DNA of 64,000 nucleotides from Eledone cirrhosa (GCA_964016885.1 OZ024765.1:21514001-21578000); one strand, 5' to 3'; positions 13,683 through 26,570 are shown, counted from the first letter of the stretch. The notes: generated by a model from the letters alone, not told the origin. Translations and numbers: made by a program.

Positions 13683-13864
13683 AATTGTTTCTACTTTAGG
13701 CACAAGGCCATCAATTACCAGTGCATTACTGGTACTTTATTTTATCGACCCCGTAAGGATGAAAGGCAAAGTCAACCTCGGCGGGATTTGAACTCAGATG
13801 GTAAAGGGACGTAACTATGCTGGAAAGCATGGCGTCCGACCCTCTACCGATACTGCCAATCCAC
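13683..13864 (-). mobile_element. SINE family A
   Basis: Homologous to 7530-7715; short TSD tatatagtaat. Confidence 0.85.
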
Positions 13865-14190
13865 GTATATAGTAATAATAATAAATTTGAAGACTAAAAT
13901 CCAAAGAGGGCTCGATAAGGAAAATATATATCAAATATATAAGAACCGTAGAGCAAATATTTATTAAAATAACAGATTAAAGTTTAAGCAAAGAATCGCT
14001 GCTTTCACCCTTGACGGGATCTTCTGAAACTAACAAAGTCAATCTGTGAACGCAGAAGTGGATATTTAAAAAAAACGTTGCAACCGGAGGAAGACGATAC
14101 GTGGCAAAGAACGGGGGAAAACGAATAATACGCGGTGAAAAACAATTAAGGGTGAAAGCAGCGATTCTTTGCTTAAACTTTAATCTGTTA

Positions 14191-14263
<73 letters not shown>

Positions 14264-14270
14264 ATATATA

Positions 14271-14315
<45 letters not shown>

Positions 14316-14771
14316 ATATATGTATGTGTGTGTGTGTGTGTATATATATATATGTATGTGTGTGTGTGTGTGTGTATATATATGTATGTGTGTGTGTATG
14401 TATATCTATATATGTATATATATGTGTGTGTATGTATATCTATATATGTATATATATGTGTGTGTATGTATATATAGATGTGCGCGTGTGGCTATATATA
14501 TATTTATGTGTGTGCGTCTGTGTGAGTGCGTGTATATATCTGTGTGTATATATATGTGTTTGTGTACATGTATGTATATATATGTGTGTGTGTGTGAATG
14601 TGTGTATATATATATGTGTGTATGTATGTATATGTGTGAATATATATATGTGTGTGTGTGCGTATATATATGTGTGTGTGTGTTTGTGTGTATATGTGTG
14701 TGTTTGTGTGTATATATATGTGTGTGTGTGTGTGTGTTAAACTTAAGCTCAAATCTATATATATATATATA

Positions 14772-14847
14772 CAGCGTGTCCCAAAAAATGTGTACACACT
14801 TCAAAAAACATTCTAATGAAAGTGTGTATACATTTTTGAGAACTACG
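14772..14847. mobile_element. ~75-bp Tc1/mariner-type MITE
   Basis: Imperfect TIRs (cag.gtgtcccaaaaaatgt.tacacactt / aagtgtgtatacattttt) flanked by TA. Copies at 20223-20280 and 28662-28737. Confidence 0.65.
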
Positions 14848-14870
14848 TACACATATATATATGTCTGTGC

Positions 14871-14911
<41 letters not shown>

Positions 14912-14914
<3 letters not shown>

Positions 14915-15165
14915 GCAGTTCTTGTGCTTTTCAAAAGTAGAGTTGAGATGGAGGGTCTGTGGTTTTTCTCACATCTGAGATGTGAGAAAAACCACAAGCC
15001 CTCCATCTCAACTCTACTTTCGAAAAGCACAAGAACTGCGAAACCGGTAAAGGAACCAAATAGATATATATTTTTAAAAATAAGACTCCAGTTGCATTTT
15101 CGATTTCATCTTTTTTCCTTATACTTTCACTCGTGTAGGACACCTCGGTTATTTTTCGTTTTGTA
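14912..15165. mobile_element. ~65-bp-arm hairpin ending in an HHR 3' half plus tail
   Basis: Near-perfect palindrome 14912-15042, then GAAA ccgg T A. The tail resembles 30641-30718. Confidence 0.55.
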
Positions 15166-15177
15166 AAAAAACCTCAC

Positions 15178-15465
<288 letters not shown>

Positions 15466-15879
15466 AATATATATATATATATATATACAATATGTTGAAA
15501 AGGTAACACACCAGAGAGAAATATACAGTGCGCTATCAATAAAACAGGGAAAAAAACCACCAGTGTATGGAATCTATAACCTATGAAAGGCAGAGTATAG
15601 ACACGATAATTAAAAATATAAATTAAAGCGTAAATAAATACCTCTATAACTATATAACACACGTACAAATCCAAAGAGATCTGTTTCGCCAGTAATTTGT
15701 TGACAGAAATGGAATAACCTCAGATCCTCATCGTGTGTAAGGCTATACATTTCAGACAACACTAAGAGAATTTTAAAAATCCATTGAGTGTGTTCTGTTA
15801 TTATTTCTGGCAATATTATTACAACAATATGACCCTCCCCAAGTATAACAATATATATATATATATATATTTATTTATA

Positions 15880-18530
15880 GCCTGTAGAAGGCTTAGTTAG
15901 CCTGAAGCAGCGCACAAGGCATGGTGAGGTAGTGTATCTACCCACGGATAAGTCTGGTAGGATGTCAATAGACAGCATGCCGAACTACATCAAGGCTATG
16001 CAACCCCACATCACCAACACGAGCGAAATTACACAACAAATACATGAGGGGAGAGAGAAGATCCTCAACGCTCACATGATGATGTGGACTGACATCCTAA
16101 AGCCAAGCAGACGCACTGCCAACAACTTCCAGGCGTCTAACAATGGCATACCACCCTTGTATGGGCTCCGCAAAGACCACAAGACAGTCGACGACCCGAC
16201 AACAGGACCACCAATAAGACCTGTATGCGGAGCCAATATAGCTAGTAACTACAGGATCTCCTACTTCCTCTCAATGGTTATACGCCCCATAATCAAGATG
16301 TCCCCAGATGTATGTGACAGTACAGAGGACCTCCTCAGCAGAATCAGTGAGTGCAACAAAAACAAGAACCTATCCAACTGCATAATAGGTAGTATGGATG
16401 TGGTATCACTGTACCCATCCATTAACATTGATTTTGCTGTGGAAAAATGTGTGGAGATGATCATTGAGAGTGAGGTGGAGTTCTGCGACGTCGACACAGA
16501 CCAACTGCGCCTCCTACTTAGACTTACCTACGACACTGACTACCTAGACAGCCATGATCTTAGCCGTTTCTTCCCCAGTAGACCCATAAGAGGTAGACCC
16601 CCCACCATAACCTCAATGGCAAAAAAGACTCCCATGGGAAGTGGATTGGGTGGACCAAAGCCATACGTACCCCTCAAAACAATGATCAGGTAAGAAAAAT
16701 GGTCGCGCATACAATAGGGGCTAGTATTAAAACTACCCTAAAGGGCCACATATTCAAATTCAACGAGAAGATCTACACCCAAAATGAGGGAGCAGCCATT
16801 GGCGTCAGCATAGCTGGTGACATTGCCAACCTTTTTATGATATGGTGGGAAAGGAAACTCAAAGATCTTGATGAGAGCTCCATAGACCTCACCGTGTACT
16901 CTCGTTACGTAGACGATATTAATATAGTAATAAGGACACCCCCACAAGAGAGTACTAACAAATATGATTTAGAATGTAGCACATCCAGAATGTAGCGCAT
17001 TTAGAATGTAGCATCCAGCAGATAGCTAACTCCATACACCAGAGTATAACTATAACTATTGACTACCCTTCCAAACACCCTAACAGTAGACTACCTGTAT
17101 TAGACACGGAACTCTGGATGAACACTATAGACGAGAGGGCCCAAATTCTCCACTCACACAATGCTAAACCCATGGACTCCAAATACCTGATACTCAAAAA
17201 CTCAGCAATGTCCAGTAGTGCTAAGTTTAATATTCTGATCGCAGACTTGGTACGAGTAATGAAGAATGTGTCCCGCATGTGCTACCCAACAGAAATGGAA
17301 AGACCCATCCAACACTTCATCAACCGCATGCAGTTCTCTGGCTACAACCAAAGAGACAGAGTCAGAGTATACGAAGGAGCCATGGAGAAGTATAAGACCC
17401 TCATAGAACTGGACATGAAAGGAATTTGCCCATTATACAGGAGCAAATCATGGAATAGCTTAGATAGGGTTAGACATAAGATAGGGAAAGCCACCTCATG
17501 GTACGACAACCAGAGATACCAGAGTGTCATGTTCGTGGAGGGAAATTAGCTAACCAGTGTAGAAAGGCCCTGAGAAAGACCCACTTAAAGATTAAAGTGG
17601 TAGAAAAGCCAGGAACTACCATAAAATCCCTGATCAGCAAAACATACCCTTTTAAGAAAACCCACTGTACTAATAGGAAATGTATTATATGTAAAGTAAA
17701 ACAGCGGATAAACTGTAAAACTAGAAACGAAGTATATAGCATAAGATGTACAGAGGGTACTTGCAGAAACATGACAACAACATCCATAGGCGAGACAGCT
17801 CGTAGCATAGGTGAAAGGATAGACCAACATTGCGGGGAATTAAAAGGACGAAAAAACGGTTCAGTACTATACGAATACGCCAGACAACAACACGACGGTA
17901 ACATAGACAACATAGAAATTAGAATAATATCTAAACATAGAAATGACCCAGCAGATAGGCAAATCAGAGAGGCCAGTGAAATAGAACTTAGAAAGCCAAA
18001 GCTAAACAGAAAAAAATGAATGGAATAACAACACCCAAACAAACAATACTCACCTTAGAGAAATATAAATAAATAAATATATACACAAGCACAATAAAAA
18101 CAAACACATATAAACACACAGTAGTAAACTAAGATAAAATACAATAACTAAAACACAGTCACCCAAACGCGAACACACACTAAACACTAGACACACACGC
18201 AAACGCACGCGCAGAGAAGAAGACAAAAAATAAATAAATAAATAAACATACAAAATAAAAATGGCGTAGATATACAATACAACAGGAGGAACATAATAGT
18301 ACCACTGATGATGTTGCAGATGTGCAACGAAAGAACTTTGTTAGACTATATATATGTGTTTGTGTCTATATTGTATCTGTACTTTTTACCGTTGGTCAGT
18401 CAATGGTAAACATTGAGGACCGAATGAATTAACTGATATAAAAGATACAGAAGCGGAAACCAACCAAACAGTGAGTGTGTTCTGTTATTAATTCTGGCAA
18501 TATTATTACAATATGAGCCTCCCCAAGTAT
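15880..18530 (+). mobile_element. Penelope-like retroelement (RT + GIY-YIG), decayed, with a 3' pLTR carrying an HHR
   Basis: PPLYGLRKDHK, PIRPVCG, SMDVVSLYPSI, IANLFM, YSRYVDD; GIY-YIG-like VYSIRC...IGETARSIGERIDQH...IREASEIELRKPKLN. Split by stops and frameshifts. The same tail also occurs upstream at 15785-15852. Confidence 0.9.
18297..18348 (+). ncRNA. HHR in the Penelope 3' pLTR
   Basis: CTGATGA t gttgca-gatg-tgcaac GAAA gaac T t tg. It shares gaaagaactttg with family H1. Confidence 0.75.
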
Positions 18531-18624
18531 ATATATATTTATATTCCTGCCCCATGGTATGGATGAAATATTGTCAGCAAATCAAAATTGTATGAGTATG
18601 TAGGCGTTCTTTGATTTCTTTTAC

Positions 18625-18687
<63 letters not shown>

Positions 18688-18694
18688 CAACCAT

Positions 18695-19554
18695 GTTGTT
18701 GGTGGTGGTGGTGGTGTTGGTGTTGTTGTTGGTGGTGTAGGTGTTGTTGTTGGTGGTGTTGGTGGTGTTGTTGTTGGTGGTGTTGTTGTTGGTGGTGTTG
18801 TTGGTGGTGTTGTTGTTGGTGGTGTTGGTGGTGTTGGTGTTGTTGGTGGTGTTGTTGGTGGTGTAGGTGTTGTTGTTGGTGGTGTTGTTGGTGGTGTTGT
18901 TGGTGGTGTTGTTGTTGGTGGTGTTGTTGTTGGTGGTGTTGTTGTTGGTGGTGTTGTTGTTGTTGGTGGTGTTGTTGTTGGTGGTGTTGTTGTTGGCGGT
19001 GTTGTTGGTGGCGGTGTTGTTGGTGGTGTTGTTGGTGGTGTTGGTGGTGTTGTTGGTGGTGTTGGTGGTGGTGTTGGTGGTGGTGTTGTTGTTGGTGTTG
19101 TTGTTGGTGGTGGTGTTGTTGGTGGTGGTGTTGTTGTTGGTGGTGGTGTTATTGTTGGTGTTGTTGGTGGTGGTGTTGGTGGTGGTGTTGTTGTTGTTGT
19201 TGGTGGTGGCGGTGTTGTTGTTGGTGGTGGTGTTGGTGGTGTTGTTGTTGTTGTTGGTGTTGGTGGTGGTGGTGGTGGTGGTGTTGTTGTTGTTGGTGGT
19301 GTTGGTGGTGTTGTTGTTGGTGGTGGTGGTGGTGTTGTTGGTGGTGGTGTTGTTGTTGTTGTTGGTGGTGGTGGTGTTGGTGTTGTTGTTGTTGGTGGTG
19401 GTGTTGGTGGTGGTGTTGTTGTTGGTGTTGTTGTTGGTGGTGGTGGTGGTGTTGTTGGTGGTGGTGGTGGTGTTGGTGGTGGTGTTGTTGTTGTTGGTGG
19501 TGGTGTTGTTGGTGTTGGTGGTGTTGTTGTTGTTGTTGTTGGTGGTGGTGTTGG

Positions 19555-19585
<31 letters not shown>

Positions 19586-19692
19586 GGTGTTGTTGGTGTT
19601 GTTGTTGTTGTTGGTGGTGGTGGTGTTGTTGGTGTTGTTGTTGTTGTTGGTGTTGGTGGTGTTGTTGTTGTTGTTGTTGGTGGTGGTGTTGG

Positions 19693-19723
<31 letters not shown>

Positions 19724-19850
19724 GGTGTTGTTGGTGTTGTTGTTGTTGTTGGTGGTGGTGGTGTTGTTGTTGGTGGTGGTGGTGTTGGTGGTGGTGTTGT
19801 TGTTGTTGTTGGTGTTGGTGTTGGTGGTGGTGTTGTTGGTGTTGTTGTTG
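18695..19850. repeat. (GGT/GTT)n trinucleotide tract
   Basis: Read directly; source of the poly-G/V, T/P and Q/H pseudo-ORFs. Confidence 0.95.
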
Positions 19851-20165
19851 CCAATGGTGGTGTATTAGCAAAATTCGGCAGAGCATCAGAACAAGTGCCC
19901 CACCACCAGGACCCGTCATCGCTACCCCCCGGGACAACCAGGGCGTATTTCTCAGTGGGATGAGTAACTTGTTATATAGAAGTTGCGTGTGTGTATATGT
20001 GTGCATCTATAAGTGTGTATGTATGTGTATATATATATGTATGCATATGTGTGAGCTGCTGTGTGTGTATGTGTGAGCTGCTGTGTGTGTATGTGTGTGT
20101 ATATATATATATGTGTGTGCGTGTGTGTGTGTGTATGTGTGAGCTGCTGTGTGTGTGTGTGTATG

Positions 20166-20223
<58 letters not shown>

Positions 20224-20347
20224 AAGGATGTCCCAAAAATGTATACACACTTAAACAGCATTCTAATCAAAGTGTGTGTGCATGTATGAGTGTGTATGTG
20301 TGTGTATATGTGTGCATATATGTGTACTAATGCGTATGTGTATATAG

Positions 20348-20398
<51 letters not shown>

Positions 20399-20492
20399 TA
20401 TACGCTAGATACTCACGTAGACATACACATATGTATATATATACACGCATATATATATATTATGACACACGCACATCTATATATATAGATAT

Positions 20493-20710
20493 GTTTCTTT
20501 ATTAGCCACAGGGGCACAAAAGAAGGGGACAAATACAAAGGGGGAAGTTTACATACAATAAAAACGTGTAAAATGTTATCACAGATGGAATTTAAAAAGT
20601 TAGTCGATTTTCCCCAATAGAGGGAGACAGTTTATATGGGTAACACATACCCCCGAAAAAAAATGTGCAACCCTCATCTCCAGGAGTTACGAAGAGTTTG
20701 TACTCCTAGA
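20493..20710 (-). mobile_element. Tx1-like LINE 3' UTR fragment
   Basis: Minus strand ends gcccctgtggctaataaagaaa and contains ctattgggga, like 39760-39895. Confidence 0.55.
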
Positions 20711-20829
20711 TAGATGTGTGTGTGTCATAATATATATATATGTGTGTGTGTGTATATATATATGTGTGTGTGTGTATGTAGCGTATATGTGATTGTACTC
20801 GCGTTATATATATACAATGATATATATAT

Positions 20830-20981
20830 AATTGTTTCTTTTTTGGCACAAGGCCAGCAAGTACCCCCAGTGTATTACTGGAGCTTTATTTTATCGACCC
20901 CGTAAGAATGAAAGGCAAAGTTAACCTCGGCGGGATTTGAACTCAGACCGTAAAGGGACGTAACTCTATGCTGGAAAGCAT
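20830..20981 (-). mobile_element. SINE family A, 5'-truncated
   Basis: Homologous to 7530-7715. Confidence 0.8.
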
Positions 20982-21009
20982 AATTTTTTTTTAAAAGCAC
21001 GCCACAATA

Positions 21010-21285
21010 ATTATTTATTTACAACAGTTTATAACTTTGCCTATTAATCCGTATGGTGAGCAAATGGTGTCCCACGTGCTGGTCTCCCCACAGTCCCGGG
21101 GGACAGGATGGAGAAGGCGTTTCCTCGGAGGACGGTAAGGGAGATGTGCTGGGTGAGCCATTCCACGCCTGCGGTGGTGAGTAGGGAGGTAGCCCTGGGG
21201 CCAAGGACACCAGAAGTCTCCATTGCAAAGGGCACGACGGCGAACCTGTCGGAGAGCGACCGGTACTTGGAGAGAATATACAAAC
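21010..21285 (-). pseudogene. C-terminal fragment of a restriction-like-endonuclease non-LTR element (CRE-like)
   Basis: KYRSLSDRFAVVPFAMETSGVLGPRA...QHISLTVLRGNAFSIL resembles the KY...P.A.ET.G..G...RGNA..IL end of RLE ORFs. Confidence 0.55.
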
Positions 21286-21503
21286 ATGTCAGTAATATTC
21301 TTTACATCAATAAAATCACTTTGAATCTGATTTAGAATTTTATAAATATATAAAGATATCGATATATAGAGATATATAGAGATACATTAAACAAAGCGTA
21401 AACAGACCAAAGGAAAGATCCTATTAAAGTACTCTAAAATAAAGAAACTTCACAAACATCTCACCCTAGGGTAGATTCCTTGTTAAGGGACCTAAAGCTA
21501 ATA

Positions 21504-21930
21504 AATAATTGTTTCTACTTTTGGCACAAGGCCAGCAATTACGCCAGTGTATTACTGGTACTTTATTTTATCGACCCCGTAATAATTGTTTCTACTTTGG
21601 GCACAAGGCCAGCAATTACGCCAGTGTATTACTGGTACTTTATTTTATCGACCCCGTAATAATTGTTTCTACTTTTGGCACAAGGCCAGCAATTACGCCA
21701 GTGTATTACTGGTACTTTATTTTATCGACCCCGTAATAATTGTTTCTACTTTGGGCACAAGGCCAGCAATTGCCCCAGTGTATTACTGGTACTTTATTTT
21801 ATCGACCCCCGTAAGGATGAAAGGCAAAGTTAACCTCGGCGGGATTTGAACTCAGAACGTAAAGGGCCATAACTCTATGCTACAAAGCATGGCGTCAGAT
21901 GCTCCACCGATACTGCCAATCCACCGCCAT
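21504..21930 (-). mobile_element. SINE family A with its 3' 77 bp present in 4 tandem copies
   Basis: Units start at 21504, 21581, 21658 and 21735. Confidence 0.9.
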
Positions 21931-21999
21931 TAATAATACTAATAATAATAATATTTTCTTTATTAACCACAAGGGTTGACACAAAGCATAACATTGAGG

Positions 22000-23088
22000 A
22001 CGGTACAAGACAGTACAGGGCGGTACAAGACGGTACAGGGCGGTACAAGACAGTACAGGGCGGTACAAGACGGTACAGGGCGGTACAAGACGGTGCAGGG
22101 AGGTACAAGACGGTGCAGGGAGGTACAAGACGGTACAGGGCGGTACAAGACGGTACAGGGCGGTACAAGACGGTGCAGGGAGGTACAAGACGGTGCAAGG
22201 AGGTACAAGGCGGTACAGGGTGGTACAAGACAGTACAGGACGGTACAAGACAGTACAGGGCGGTACAAGACGGTACAGGGCGGTACAAGACGGTACAGGG
22301 TGGTACAAGACGGTACAGAGCGGTACAAGACAGTACAGGACGGTACAAGACAGTACAGGGCGGTACAAGGCGGTACAAGGCGGTACAGGGTGGTGCAAGA
22401 CGGTACAGGGTGGTACAAGACAGTACAGGGCGGTACAGGACGGTACATGGCGGTACAAGACGCTACAGGGCGGTACAAGACAGTACAGGGCGGTACAAGA
22501 CAGTACAGGGCGGTACAAGACAGTACATGGCGGTACAAGACGCTACTGGGCGGTACAAGACAGTACAGGGCGGTACAAGACAGTACATGGCGGTACAAGA
22601 CGCTACTGGGCGGTACAAGGCAGTACAGGGCGGTACAAGACGGTACAGGGCGGTACAAGACAGTACAGGGCGGTACAAGACGGTACAGGGTGGTACAAGA
22701 CGGTACAGAGCGGTACAAGACAGTACAGGGCGGTACAAGACGCTACTGGGCGGTACAAGACGCTACTGGGCGGTACAAGACAGTACAGGGCGGTACAAGA
22801 CAGTACATGGCGGTACAAGACGCTACTGGGCGGTACAAGACAGTACAGGGCGGTACAAGACAGTACAGGGCGGTACAAGACGCTACTGGGCGGTACAAGA
22901 CAGTACAGGGCGGTACAAGACAGTACAGGGCGGTACAAGACGCTACTGGGCGGTACAAGACAATACAGGGCGGTACAAGACAGTACAGGGCGGTACAAGA
23001 CAGTACAGGGCGATACAAGACAGTACAGGGCGGTACAAGACAGTACAGGGCGGTACAAGACAGTACAGGGCGGTGCAAGACGGTACAA
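22000..23088. repeat. 10/20-bp minisatellite (cggtacaaga cagtacaggg)
   Basis: Strict 10-bp register; source of the RYKTVQGGT pseudo-ORFs. Confidence 0.95.
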
Positions 23089-23429
23089 ATGGGCAGTTCT
23101 GCGTGTAAACATAAAACAAAAGCAAAGGATGTAAAACATCGAAACGAAGGACCAAATACCCAATAAGGGGGGGGGGACCACCGAGAGTTACTCGTAGAGA
23201 AAGCCCACAAAATGATAAGGTGTCAAAATGTAATTATGTTTCTCCACGTGTGACGCGTGTTTCGTGGTCGATCTGCTCAAGGTAAATCAGTGCCAATCGT
23301 GTCCGACTCTGGAATCAATAACAGCTTATCATACTCGCGGTTTCTTTAATGGCGGCATAACATATCTATGTACAGCTTTGAGTTACCATTTCTCATACAG
23401 TTGCTATATATGTATATATATATATATGA

Positions 23430-24003
23430 TAATAAGGGCGCTGCGGAGTTGCAAATGGGTTACATATGAAAAAAGTTTGTCCTTCATCAGTGATCTTCCA
23501 ACCATCATAGGCATTTCATCGCTTTAAAGACCATATACCTCCGGTTGGTGCGAGCAACGGCTAAAAAAAAGTCGTTGGGACACGTAAATAAAGGGGACGT
23601 GAGTGTAAACAAACAAAATGGTGAAGCAACAGAAAGTGAAGAAGAAGGAGACAAGTCCCAAATTTCTATGAATTTAAATTCGGTGAAATCGTGAACGAGA
23701 GAATAAAGACCATCAAACCTGGTTGAAATGTGAGCAAGGAAGGAATTTCGCACAGGTCTAACGGGAGGAAGAAGGGGTCTGGTCTGCGAATTCGGTAAAC
23801 ATAAGTTCTGTGAAATCGTAGACGAGAGAGAGAAAGAAAAAATTCGTTGCTTCACCATTTTGTTTGTTTACACTCACGTCCCCTTTATTTACGTGTCCCA
23901 ACGACTTTTTTTAGCCGTTGCTCGCACCAACCGGAGGTATATGGTCTTTAAAGCGATGAAATGCCTATGATGGTTGGAAGATCACTGATGAAGGACAAAC
24001 TTG

Positions 24004-24012
<9 letters not shown>
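23430..24012. mobile_element. Fold-back short element (arms 23464-23630 / 23846-24012); relatives at 34790-34940 and 49878-50020
   Basis: ~165-bp near-perfect inverted arms between (TA)n tracts; contains CTGATGA. Confidence 0.7.
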
Positions 24013-24066
<54 letters not shown>

Positions 24067-24071
<5 letters not shown>

Positions 24072-24430
24072 TAATAAAAACGATGAATAAAAACAAAGAA
24101 CAAGTTCCTTATATTAAAAAATTCATCATTTTACGACGTTTCTAGGATATATGTGTGTTGGTATGTATATCATATAGATCTATGTAAAAATATTACAAAT
24201 TATCAGAGGAAATATACATACCTTCACATATATATGCTGTCTTCAGAAATGATGAATCATTTCTGAAGACAGCATATATATGTGAAGGTATGTATATTTC
24301 CTCTGATAATTTGTAATATTTTTACATAGATCTATATGATATACATACCAACACACATATATCCTAGAAACGTCGTAAAATGATGAATTTTTTAATATAA
24401 GGAACTTGTTCTTTGTTTTTATTAATTTAT
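24067..24430. ncRNA. 168-bp-arm palindrome with an H2 long-stem HHR on each strand (24125-24253 -, 24256-24384 +)
   Basis: atcattt CTGAAGA [97-nt self-complementary insert] GAAA cgtcg T A aaatgat. Confidence 0.72.
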
Positions 24431-24566
24431 CTTGACTCTGTTTTCCTATGATTTTCATCGAAAATTTTTGAATGCATCTTCTTTTTTCATGATATTTGGA
24501 TTACATTGAGTTCTTCATACGGATTGGACACTACCGTATATTTTGGTAGATTTATCTGTCTCTCTG

Positions 24567-24605
<39 letters not shown>

Positions 24606-24607
24606 GT

Positions 24608-24660
<53 letters not shown>

Positions 24661-24661
<1 letters not shown>

Positions 24662-24853
24662 CAAAACAAAGTGTGGTAAGATACCAGGTGGACCATAACG
24701 CACCAGAGTACTCGATACTTAGGGTAGTAGAGTGGGTAATAGAAAAAGAGTCAGGACCCCGACGGCTGAGCTCCGGCCGTTTCGACAGCTAGATCCGAAC
24801 TAGCTGTAAAACGGCCGGAGCTCAGCCGTCGGGGTCCTGACTCTTTTCCTATA
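24661..24853. mobile_element. Fold-back element with HHR 3' halves; related copy at 29410-29603
   Basis: Inverted arms around 24795; (G)AAA cggc...gccg TC ggggtc gives a GUC site but no CTGANGA. Confidence 0.55.
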
Positions 24854-25193
24854 TATATATATATATATATATATATCCAGTGAGTGTAACTTGGAGTGAC
24901 TGTAGGTTCACCCGGGAGAGCACTCAATGTTTAGGTTCACTTCAGTGTCGAGGTGTAGAGCTATAAAGAGTGAAATAAGATAACAAGGAGGAGTGGAGTA
25001 GTTACTCCTTCATTACGTTTATTGGTTGGTGACGCACGTTTCGCTATTGATCAGCTCAAGGTTCGATTCCGACGAGCTTTTGATTCCAGAGTAGGGCCAG
25101 ATCGATACAGATCGAACCTTGAGCTGATCGATAGCGAAACACGCATCACCAATCAATAAACGTAATGAAAGCTTAACAAATCGTCCTTGTAAT

Positions 25194-25558
25194 ATTGTTT
25201 CGACTTTTGGCACAAGGCCAGCAAATACCCAGTACATTACTGGTACTTTATTTTATCGACCCCGTAAGGATGAAAGGCAAAGTTAACCTCGGCGGGATTT
25301 GAACTCAGATCATAAAGGGCCGTAACTCTATGCGTCAAAGCATGGCGTTCGACCCACTACCGATACTGCCAATCTACCAATCCATCAATCCCTAATAATA
25401 ATAATTGTTTCTACTTTAGGCACAAGGCCAGCAATTAACCAGTACATTACTGGTACTTTATTTAATCGACCCCGTAAGGATGAAAGGCAAAGTAAAGGGA
25501 CGTAACTATGCTAGAAAGCATGGCGTCCAACCCTCTACCGACACTGTCAATTCACCGT
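25194..25558 (-). mobile_element. Two tandem family A SINEs inside one 20-bp TSD
   Basis: TSD acaaatcgtccttgtaatat at 25176-25195 and 25563-25582. Confidence 0.85.
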
Positions 25559-25637
25559 CTATACAAATCGTCCTTGTAATATGTTATTAAATATATTATG
25601 ATGCAACACTGAATCCTTGTTCCTTATCCCTATAGTG

Positions 25638-25682
<45 letters not shown>

Positions 25683-25864
25683 ATACTTTGGGAGGGTCAT
25701 GTTGCCAATAAGAAACACACGCACCAGTTGCTTTCACTTCAGTTTATTATATATATTATATATATTATATATATATATATTATATATATTATATATATAT
25801 AAATATATATTTATATAAATATAAAAACGAAATATATATATATATATATATAAATATAAAAACG

Positions 25865-25937
<73 letters not shown>

Positions 25938-26311
25938 AAAGTTCTATTTAAATTAAGAGAGTATTGAAGTTTGCTTGAAGCATTGTGGAACAATAAGTAA
26001 ATATCTTTAAGTCGTTTGGAAGCCTCGACAATGCAAATGGGTAAATCTCCGGGTAACAAGATCCGGTGGTGGAGAGAGAGATGTAAGTGGGTGTACGTTG
26101 AGATGCGTGGCGTGTATAAGACGTGTAGAGGAATGAAGGAAAGAGTATAAAGGATAGAATAAAAATAACAACACAAGAGAGAGTTACCTTGGGAGAGATT
26201 TAATAGTCCCTATATATTTCGGATTCACATCCATCAACTGGGGGTTTTTTCCGGGGTGGGGGAAAAGGTTGTCTGTCGGACAGGTCCGGAATGCGTCCTT
26301 CGCTGTTTGTT

Positions 26312-26568
26312 GTTTAAATTGTTGGGATACAACAAGCAAATATTTTTATATCTGATATAAAGCACTCAACAAATATTTGGAATAAAAATACGGGAGCTTC
26401 CAACAGAAATGGTCGCATTTTTTAAGGGTATGTCAATATTTATTTATAAAACTGATCTATATTATATTTTATCTGATGAAAGCACACCATAATTTAACTT
26501 TGTGTCCTTGAAATATGTATAATGAAATAAATATGGTTTTATAAATATAGTTTCCATTTGTTAATATC

Positions 26569-26570
<2 letters not shown>
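26312..26570 (+). ncRNA. Family H5 element with HHR at 26466-26528; second copy at 28098-28350 (GAAA mutated to AAAA)
   Basis: attttat CTGATGA aagcacac...tgtgtcctt GAAA tatgta T a atgaaat. Tail fragments at 7463-7525 and 55861-55930. Confidence 0.65.

Noticed and set aside
18574-20006. Mucin/extensin-like T/P, poly-Q/H and G/V ORFs
   Set aside because: Pure (GGT/GTT)n repeat, open in several frames.
21875-23210. Repeat-protein ORFs (RYKTVQGGT...)
   Set aside because: 10-bp minisatellite open in all frames.
23430-24012. CTGATGA in the 23.5/34.8/49.9-kb family and in the 43013-43128 inverted repeat as hammerheads
   Set aside because: No correctly placed GAAA and stem III could be assembled; kept only as fold-back elements.
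26205-26245. Degenerate minus-strand HHR-like motifs here and at 13995-14030, 35030-35065 and 49555-49592
   Set aside because: Core boxes are mutated (cagttga, cagaaga, gaat, cagataa); probably relics, so not counted.
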